Below, in pieces: positions 51,648 to 60,000 of a DNA stretch of 60,000 bases (position 1 is the stretch's first letter; each line of letters opens with the position of its first letter). The notes under the pieces are model-generated. The model was given only the letters and a program-made list of their open reading frames with translations. It was not told the DNA's origin and did no database searches. Source of the stretch: Callorhinchus milii (Eukaryota); assembly GCF_018977255.1 (NCBI RefSeq), contig NW_024704742.1, positions 10,976,001-11,036,000 on the forward strand, in the 5' to 3' direction. Made by a program: the position numbers and the translations under genes.

Positions 51648-52000
51648 AACAACAACAAAAACTTGCATTTATATAGTGCCCTTCATGTATCTCGGAGCGT
51701 TTAACAGTCTGATGTCAAGCCGGGGGAATTGAAGAGGTGACTGTAAGCACGGTCAATGAGGAAGGTCTTCAATCATTTTCTAAAAAAGGGAAAGGAGGGG
51801 GCATGTTGGAGGGATTGGGAGAGAGAGATCCAAAGCTTCAGGGTATAGTGTTTGAAAGTGTGGCTGCCGATAGTGGAGCGGATGGCATGAGGCCAGAGTC
51901 AGCCGAGTAGAATCAGAGGAGAGTAGAGTGAGGAGAAAACAGGTCAGAAAGGTAAGGAGATGTTAGAGCGTGAAGGCATTTGAAGACAAGTGAGAATATC
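51648..52000 (-). mobile_element. L2 3' fragment
   Basis: AACAACAACAAAAACTTGCATTTATATAGTGCCC tail and purine-rich body. Confidence 0.72.
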
Positions 52001-52429
52001 TATGCCTACATACTGCTCCCAAGTTGATAATTATCCAAATCTTTTAAAAGGCGTTAAGTGATACAGCATCAACGGCTTCTGTATGAAGCCAGCACTACTG
52101 TGAAGAAATGACAAACATCTAATATTTAGATACTTTTTCATACTTTTTCATAAAAAGTTCATACTTTTTATTTAATTTGGTTGCAGCCTCGAAGAATTGA
52201 AATAGATTTGTGAGGCAATATCAACAACTACAACTTGCATTTATACAGCACCCTTTACGCTGAACAGCATCCCAGAGCACTTGATCTATTATGTCTAAAT
52301 CCATGTTGACTGCTCTCTAGAGCCTCTGTGCCTTTTAGATAGTGTTTTATATTATGTTCTCAAGCAATTTTCTCAATGCAGATGTCAGGCCAACAGGTCT
52401 ATAATTTCCAGATGAATGAGGATTCTATA

Positions 52430-52795
52430 TAAATCCACAGAATCATGGAATTTGAAGTACAGAGGAGGCTCTTTATCCCATCAAGCCTTGTATGAAAAAA
52501 AATCTGATTGGTTCCATTGTCCTGCCTTTTCCCCATACAATTTCATATTTTCCCTTTTCAGCTATTCATCTTGTTCCCTCTTTAAAGCTTGTAAGATTCT
52601 GCCAACACTACCATTCTCACTATGATATTCCACAAAGTTACAACCCTTTGTGTAAATAAAATCTAACCTTTGCTAATTATGGTCTATAGTCTATGGTCTA
52701 TAGTTACCAATTAAAATAGTGAAAATAATTTCTTCCTGTTAAACTTTATCAAAACACGGAATATTTTTCACTTCTCTCAACCTATTCTATTCTGG
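52430..52795 (-). mobile_element. Old CR1 3' end
   Basis: AGAATCATGGAAT..ACAGAGGAGGC (antisense CR1 terminus); ATTCCACAAAGTTACAACCCTTTGTGTAAA. Confidence 0.6.
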
Positions 52796-52801
52796 ATCCC
52801 T

Positions 52802-53268
52802 GGGGATGTCATAGCCATCAACTACAATGAGAAGATCTATGAGCTCTGTATCATGGAAACAAAACCAGATACAGTTGTTCCCATCATTGAATGTGATATG
52901 AATCTGGATTTTAATTATCCACTAGGACACAAAGAGCCGGAGGGGCTTAGCAAGCCTGAGGACTCCTTAGATCTTGACCCTGAGGATGCTGCCTTTTTAG
53001 CAGCTGATTTAGAATTCCAAGCATTCACAACCTGGTTCTGACAACTGGTGAGATGGGAAGAAGAAGTGTTGAACCCAGTCCAGCTCACATCAACCCCGAG
53101 GATATTAGAAGAGGAATCCCAAACTATGATTTTAAAATAGGAAAAATTATCTTCATTGGAAACTCATGACCAAAGCCCAAATGACTGGATGACGACACTG
53201 CATCCAGCAGTTTCATTGCTTTCTCTGGAGAAGGAAAGTCTCTGTACAAGAGAGGAAGAAAGCCGTAG
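52802..53268 (+). pseudogene. UFD1: Processed pseudogene of UFD1 (ubiquitin recognition factor in ERAD 1), C-terminal half
   Basis: [52 protein letters not shown] / GSDNW*DGKKK / VEPSPAHINPEDIRRGIPNYDFKIGKIIFIGNS*PKPK*LDDDTASSSFIAFSGEGKSLYKRGRKP* matches vertebrate UFD1 as recalled ([55 protein letters not shown]). No introns, two frameshifts (~53030, ~53067), three premature stops. Confidence 0.95.
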
Positions 53269-53479
53269 AACACTTTGCTGGAGGAAAATGGCCTTTCCCG
53301 TTTGGACATGGAACTTTGGAATCCACAAAACCTTCTTCAATTGGTATTCTTTGCACTATCCCACCCAAAGACTGCATGTTTATTTACTTCATATAGTGGT
53401 TTCACAAGGACAAGTAATTTGGATTGAAACTTGATATAGTAACTTTCATATAGGGAGGATATTTGGAATATTTGGACAC

Positions 53480-53706
53480 ATTTGGAATGATCTGCCTGAA
53501 AGGGCAGTGAAGTCCGATTCGATAACAGCTTTTAAGAGAGAACTGGATAGGTATCTGGGGAAGACGGGTTTGCAGGGTTATGGGGAGAAAGCTGGTGATT
53601 GGGGTTAGTGAAAGTGACTTGCTCTGTCAAAGAGCCGCACAGACTCGATGGGCCGAATGGCCTCCTTCTGTGCCGTAACATTCTATGAATCTATGAATCT
53701 ATGAAT
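53480..53706 (+). mobile_element. CR1 family B 3' terminus directly downstream of the UFD1 retrocopy
   Basis: Colinear with 26571-26780; ends GATGGGCCGAATGGCCTCCTTCTGTGCCGTAAC-ATTCTATG-AATCTATG-AATCTATG. Confidence 0.9.
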
Positions 53707-54744
53707 ATTTCGAAGCACTTCACAGGATTTACCACAGAGTTCAATGACTATGTATTTTGTTTGCCCATTGTCTGGGTCCCAGTCAGTATTCTAAGCATCA
53801 CAAAGCACCCCGAGACATTATATAAATGCAAGTTGTTGATGTACAAAACATGTGGCTATCTACATTATTTAATTTGAACAATAGCCTGACCATGTGTCTT
53901 TGAAGTTGTACCTTCTCTTTTTCACGATGGTTTCACTTAATTGATTTCAAGGTAATCTTAAAATAGACCATTTATATCTATTCAAGCGGATTGTGGAACC
54001 TGTGAGAACAGAAATTGCAATTACCCTCCCCTCCCCTCCCCCGATACACCCACGTACAGATGGGATGCATGGAATTCTCAGTTGGTATTGATACTCGTAA
54101 ACCATCTTGGTGATGGTTTTCCACATGTGTCAGATACACAGCTGACCAAAAGAAAGATAAACACACACACAACCCTCTAAGGATTTTTATCTGAAAGCGT
54201 AGTACTTAAAACTTGAAATCAACCAAGTCTAAATCTAAAGAGATTTGGCAGAGTTTGGTTACAGTGATTCTTATTTAAAAACAATTATCCTTATGTAGGT
54301 CTGGGAAACATTGTATCCAAAAATGTCACACAACTGCTGAATAAATCATCCGTGTTGAAGTATTTGTATCTCCCTTTCTCCTTGGGAAACATTACTTAAA
54401 CAAGCTCTGGAAATGTGACTTGCATGCAGTATGAGTGGCACATCTATAGCTGACCATTTCCTGAGTTAAAGTTTTGACAGCACTGAATTCCTTTTAACTT
54501 GTAAGTTAAAAGTTAAGTACTTTTAATTAAGCCATTTACATTTCCCAAAGATTATCACAAATTAAGATACATGATCACACGCAAAATCAACTGAAGGTCT
54601 GACCCACTTTACTGGAGAGCAGAGCAGAATAACTGGAAAAAAATGCCTCACTCCTGTTTATATGTCAGTAAGATATGCAGTGGCATTTAACAAAAGGTTC
54701 AATTTTTACTCCATTTTCTTCCCCTCCCCCCCACAATAAATTAC

Positions 54745-55150
54745 AACAAAAACAATTTGCATTTATATAGCGCCCTTCATGCTGGGTAGCATCTTGGAGT
54801 GCTTAACAATGTATTAGCCAATGGTGGAGCAGAGGGGAAGAGGGACAAGCAGGAAGCTGGAGCCAGTCGAGCATATTCATTGGGTGGGAGAGTGGGAACT
54901 AAGCAGGTCGGAGAGCTAGGGAAGTCAGGGACCCTATGTTGGGTAGGAAGAATAACTGGGAATCAAACTTGATGCCAAGGTTACACACAGGTTTGATAAG
55001 TCTTAGAGGAGGTTAAGGAGGTCAGAGCCGCAGGAGCAAAGGAATATGGCTTCTTTCTTTTCGACATTGCGCTCATTCAGGACTTGAAGTCTGACAAACA
55101 AGCTGACAGAACATCAGTGGACCTGGAGTTGCAGCTGGAGGAGAAGAAGC
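54745..55150 (-). mobile_element. L2 fragments
   Basis: AACAATTTGCATTTATATAGCGCCC tail; CAAACTTGATGCCAAGGTT; CAGGACTTGAAGTCTGACAAACA. Confidence 0.7.
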
Positions 55151-55300
55151 AGATTACTTACTTCAATGCAATCTAAACTAATTCTGGTTCAAATACATTT
55201 TAAATTATTTGCTCCTTTGTACAAGGACAGTGTTCATAAATGTTCTTGGCTGTATATCAGAAGGTAACATTTTGAAATTCCATCCTTATAAAGAACATTT

Positions 55301-55487
55301 GTAGAGTCCTGTTGCTTAGTGGTTAGAACCCTCGCCTTACAAACAAGAGGACCTGGGTTTGATTCCCGGCAGGCTGAAACATTGGGCAAGTTTCCTTACT
55401 CCACATACCTCTGTTTAGCTAGCAGTAAGTAGGAACCCGATTGTTAATCGATTGGCGGATCGCTTTTCCAAAGGTAATAATCCCTTC
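55301..55487 (+). mobile_element. Medium SINE, 5' half
   Basis: tRNA head and CCTCTGTTTAGCTAGCAGTAAGTAGGAACCC. Confidence 0.85.
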
Positions 55488-55861
55488 GCCATCATTGCTG
55501 TGCCCATTTGTGAAGTGGTACTATTTGCAGAAATGGTAGACAAATGGATAGTTCAAGATGTTTTGACTAATTCAATTAAGACACCTTTAGCATCTTAAAG
55601 TTACAATCTAAACACAAAACATTTTGAGTCAGATTTATCTTAATCCATTTTAATCCCTGTGACACAAAAGAGCATGAGATTCCTGCACCAATACAAAACT
55701 ACAACTTGCGGGAGAACATCTCAGAGCACCTAGTTTCACTGAATAAAATAATTGTGATCAATTTAATCTGTGGCTGAATCGAATGAGCAATGACCGTGTT
55801 ATTGATATAACACTGCACATTTTGTGCATTGGTTGGCAACTAATATAAATAATTAAATTAT

Positions 55862-57957
55862 CAAAAATGAATGTGGGTCCATTACAGGCAGAGACAGGAG
55901 GAATTATAATGGGGTATAAAGCTATGGCAGAGTCATTAAACAATACTTTGCTTCTGTCTTCACATTAGAAGACACGGAAACTTACCAAAAATAGAGGGAA
56001 ACCAAGAAGCCAATGTTAGTGAGCAACTTAGGGAAATTAACATCAGTAAAGAATTAGTACTAGGGAAACTGTTGGGATTGAAAAATGACAAATCCCTTGG
56101 ACCTGATGGCCTGCATCCTAGGGTTTGAAAAGAGGTGGGGGCTGAGATAGTTGATGCCTTGTTTTTGATCTTCCAAAATTCTCTGGATTCAGGAACGGTT
56201 CCCACTGATTGGAAGATCGCAAACATAACACTACTATTTAAGAAGGGAGGGAGAGAGAAGATGGGGAACAATAGACCAGTCAGTCCGACATCGGTGGTAG
56301 GGAAAATTCTAGAATTCTTAATTAGGGATGTTGTAGTGGGGTACTTAGAGGACCATAACATGTTTAGGCAGTCAACATGGCTTTACAAAAGGGAAGTTAT
56401 GCTTAACAAATCTTTTAGAGTTTTTGAGGATATAACTAGCAGATTAGATAGGGGGGAAACCAGTAGATGTAGTGTATTTAGATTTTCAGAAGGCATTCAA
56501 CACATAAAAGGCTGCTACACAAGATTAGGGCACATGGAATTAAAGGCAATAATAATAATATTAATAATCCTTGCATTTGATATAGTGCTTTTCACGTCTT
56601 CTAGACGTCCCAAAGCGCTTCACAGAATATACTGTAAAGTGAATTGACTGTATATTTGTGGGCGAACGCGGCAGCCAATTGTGCACAGCAATGTCCCACA
56701 GACAGCCATGGATTGAAAATGACCAATTTATTATTGTTTTTGTTTTTTGGAGTCATTATTATTAGGCGTGTGGAGTAAGGAAACTTGCCCAAGGTTTCGC
56801 CCTGCCTGGAATTGAACTCAGTTCTCTCACTTGCAAAGCGAGTGCTCTAACCACTGAGCTACAGGACTCCACGCAATATATTAGCATGGATCGAAGAGTG
56901 ACTAACGGAACAAAACAGAGAGTAAGGATAAACGGGTCCTTTTCAGATTGGCGTGATGTGACTAGTGGAGTGCCACAAGGATCAGTCCTTGGGCCTCAGC
57001 TATTTACCATCTATTTCAATGATCTAGGCGAGGATAGAGAACTTAAAATATCTAAATTTGCGGATGATACTAAGCTAGGTGGGAGAGTAAGCTCTGAGGA
57101 TGACACAAAAAAATTGTAAAGGGATATAGATAGGCTAGGTGAGTGGGCAAGAGGTGGCAGATGGAATATAATGTGGAGAAGTGTGAAGTTATTCACCTAG
57201 GTAGTAAAAACAGAAAAGCAGATTATTTTCTAGAAAGGGAGAGACTGGATAGTGTTAGTGTGCAGAGGGATTTGGGTGTCCTTGTACACCAGTCACAAAA
57301 AGTTAGTATGCAGTTACAGCAAGCAACTAGGAAGGCTATTGGCATGTTGGTATTTATTGCAAAAGGTTAGAATACAAGAGTAGGGAAGTCTTGCTGCAAG
57401 TGTATAAGGCCTTGGTGAGACCGCACCTAGGATATTGTGATCAGTTTTGGTCTCCTTATTTAAGAAAGGACATACTCGCCTTAGAGGGGGTGCAGCGTAG
57501 ATTCACTAGGTTAGTTCCTGGGATGAGGGGGTTGACCTATGAGGATAGGTTGAGTAAACTAGGCCTATATTCTCTAGAATATAGAAGAATTAGGGGTGAT
57601 CTTATAGAAACATATAAGATTCTTTTGGGGCTTGACAGTGTGAGACTGTTTCCCCTGGTAGGAGAATCTAGAGTTAGGGGGTCACAGTCTTAAGATTAAG
57701 GGTCAGCCTTTTTGAACAGAGTTGAGGAAACACTTCTTCACTCATACCCAAAAAGCTGTAGTGCTCAGTCCTTGAACATATTCAAGACTGAGATTGATAT
57801 ATTTCTAAAGGATAGAGGGATTAAGGGATATGGGGGTAAGGCTGGGCAGATGGAGTTAGCTTAGAAGATCAGCCATGATCTTATTGAATGGCGGGGCAGG
57901 CTCGAGAGGCCAAATGGCCTATTCCTGCTCCTAAATCCTATGTTCCTATGTTCCTAT
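55862..57957 (+). mobile_element. CR1 LINE (family A), RT to 3' end, interrupted by a SINE
   Basis: [67 protein letters not shown]; terminal (TTCCTATG)n. Confidence 0.94.
56551..56872 (-). mobile_element. Young tRNA-derived SINE, full length, with target-site duplication
   Basis: Flanked by GCAATA at 56546-56551 and 56873-56878. Confidence 0.94.
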
Positions 57958-58559
57958 AATAAGGAAGCTCAAGAAACAGTGTGTGTGACCTCAAAAACAT
58001 TCATTATTTAAAATGAGGTTAACCGTTGATGTGTTGAGTGAAGAGCGAGTTGCACAGTGGAACTTTTGAGTGGCACCATTTAATCACATTCGTTGAAACT
58101 TTAGTTTTAATTGCTATGTTATGAGGGAGGGTTTTTTTCCCCCCAGATTGGGATTTGGCCAATCTGCTCAATTGGCGCTCATTGCTATCTTCCAATACAC
58201 CAGAGATTGCTTTCCAGGTGGCTGCAAATTAAGTCATTGAATTGGAACTCCAATATGATAATCATTAGCACCTTAACAAGCAGGAAATGTGCCCCTTGAT
58301 CCCTATAATGCTTCAGGCATGTAATAATTCAGAAGTGCTCTCTGTTCTAAAAAAAATAGACTGCAGAAATAAGAGCCCAGATTCCAAGCAAGTGTGATTT
58401 TAATATTCCCTTTTGGTGCTTAATAAAAAGCAAACACAAGATTAAGCAATACAATACGTAAACTTACTGTTCCCCTCACCAATTGTAAGTTCTTACTACC
58501 AGTTGCCCTAAAGAGCTGAATGTGAATTGCATTGTCAGCTTACTTTAGGAGATTTTTTT

Positions 58560-58712
58560 TACACTTAAGCTCGTCAATTGTGGGTTTCAAGAGGGAAGTG
58601 GACAGATATATGAAGGCTTGAAGGGGTAGAGGGATGAGGTGGGATTGAAAGTATAGTTTGCTCTGAGATTTGATGCAGACTCAATGGGATGAATGGCCTC
58701 CTCCTGTGCTGT
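58560..58712 (+). mobile_element. Old CR1 family B terminus
   Basis: GCAGACTCAATGGGATGAATGGCCTCCTCCTGTGCTGT. Confidence 0.6.
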
Positions 58713-59720
58713 TTCTTCCTTCACTGTACTCAAATCTCTAGCTCAGTTTCACCCTCTCCTTAACAATCCAGTTAAACGATTGATAGCTTTCCTGGTGACA
58801 AGTGGACAGAAATGTGTCTGACTCTGTGCCGATCTGAGTCTATTTAAGGACTTGCTTATACTCTGTGCTCATTAAGCTGAAGGATGATTGTGCTAGGTAC
58901 TGCAATACTTTCCCTTTTCAGACACACAGGATAAGCACAGATCATTCCCAAGTTAGACATTGCATGCATACAGCAGAGCAAAGCCACCCCCCCCGCAACC
59001 CCCAACCACCACCACCCACAACCATTCCCAATAATATCTGATCTCAAACCTCAGAACAGCACCTATTGCATTAATAGTTCAATATTTATAATTTCTTCAT
59101 CATCCTATTTGAGTGATACGATCAATCTGGCATTAATTTGTGAACAGATTTTTCTTGTGAACTTGCACCCACAAGAAACTGAGTTGAAACAGTCCAAATT
59201 TATTTTTGTGGGTTCCATCCTAATGCAGTAATTAGATCTATATTTAAACCCAGGTCTGTTATTAACTTTTGTTTATTTTAGTTGTTTTAAGTTGTATTTC
59301 CAGATATCTTATGGTTGTAATACACTTTTCTCTTCAGCAGAGCGATTTTATGGCAAAAATTGCATCTTATTTTCCCTGAAAATTTTGAACTTGCCAGTAT
59401 GATATTTACATACCAGATTCTATTATTATAAGACAACAGTTTATAGTTCTGAATGTTTGCACGTTGTTTGAAAGTAAATTGTGCAATAGGAAAATGGTGG
59501 AAAGTGGAGGTCAAGTCTTATTTGCTTCACTTGTGACTGATATACATGATGGAAGCCAATTCTTGGACCACTCATTGTATTATTACACTTCAGCACCTAG
59601 GTCAATGGTGACCAACTTTTATGGTTGGCCAATAAACTAAATTTTCTTGATGTATGCCATAAATCAAGAAATCTTCAATCAAGAAAAAGCTGAAAACACA
59701 ATACCGATTGAACACATACT

Positions 59721-60000
59721 TATAATAATCCTTGCATTTGATAATCACGTCTTCGAGACTACTATAAAGTGTGATTGACTGTATATTTTGTGGGAAACAT
59801 GTGGCAGCCAATTGAGCAAAGCGTGTCCCACAAATAGTCGTGGACTAAGTGACCAAATTATTATTATAAATAATTTCTTTGAAGGGATTGTTACATTCGG
59901 AAAACGATCCGCCAATTGACTAACAACCGGGTTCCTACTTACAGAGGCATGTGGAGTAAGGAAATTTGGCCAATGTTTCGTCCTGCCTGGAAATCAAACC
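59721..60000 (-). mobile_element. Medium SINE (runs off the window)
   Basis: Tail, Deu block and GGCATGTGGAGTAAGGAAATT. Confidence 0.85.

Noticed and set aside
52853..53041. Functional short UFD1-like CDS or a true UFD1 exon
   Set aside because: Homology extends on both sides through frameshifts and stops with no introns, so it is a processed pseudogene.

Overview
Repeat-rich vertebrate genomic DNA, apparently intronic or intergenic. The repeat content (CR1 and L2 LINEs, tRNA-derived Deu-domain SINEs, a Penelope-type short repeat) points to a cartilaginous fish, possibly a chimaera; this is an inference. No intact protein-coding gene was found, and most ORFs in the supplied track are decayed LINE pieces, antisense frames or chance frames. 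The one recognisable host-gene sequence is an intronless, 5'-truncated, disabled UFD1 retrocopy (52802-53268). It has no poly(A) tail and runs directly into a CR1 3' end. Other notable items: three copies of a short repeat carrying minimal hammerhead-ribozyme core motifs (35.0, 39.4 and 48.8 kb); a ~300 bp element with ~92-96 bp terminal inverted repeats; three layers of modular SINEs whose tail hairpin covaries with the L2 tail; a decayed ~39 bp tandem array; an unclassified ~185 bp dispersed repeat; and two candidate orphan exons. Repeat boundaries were read by eye and are approximate.
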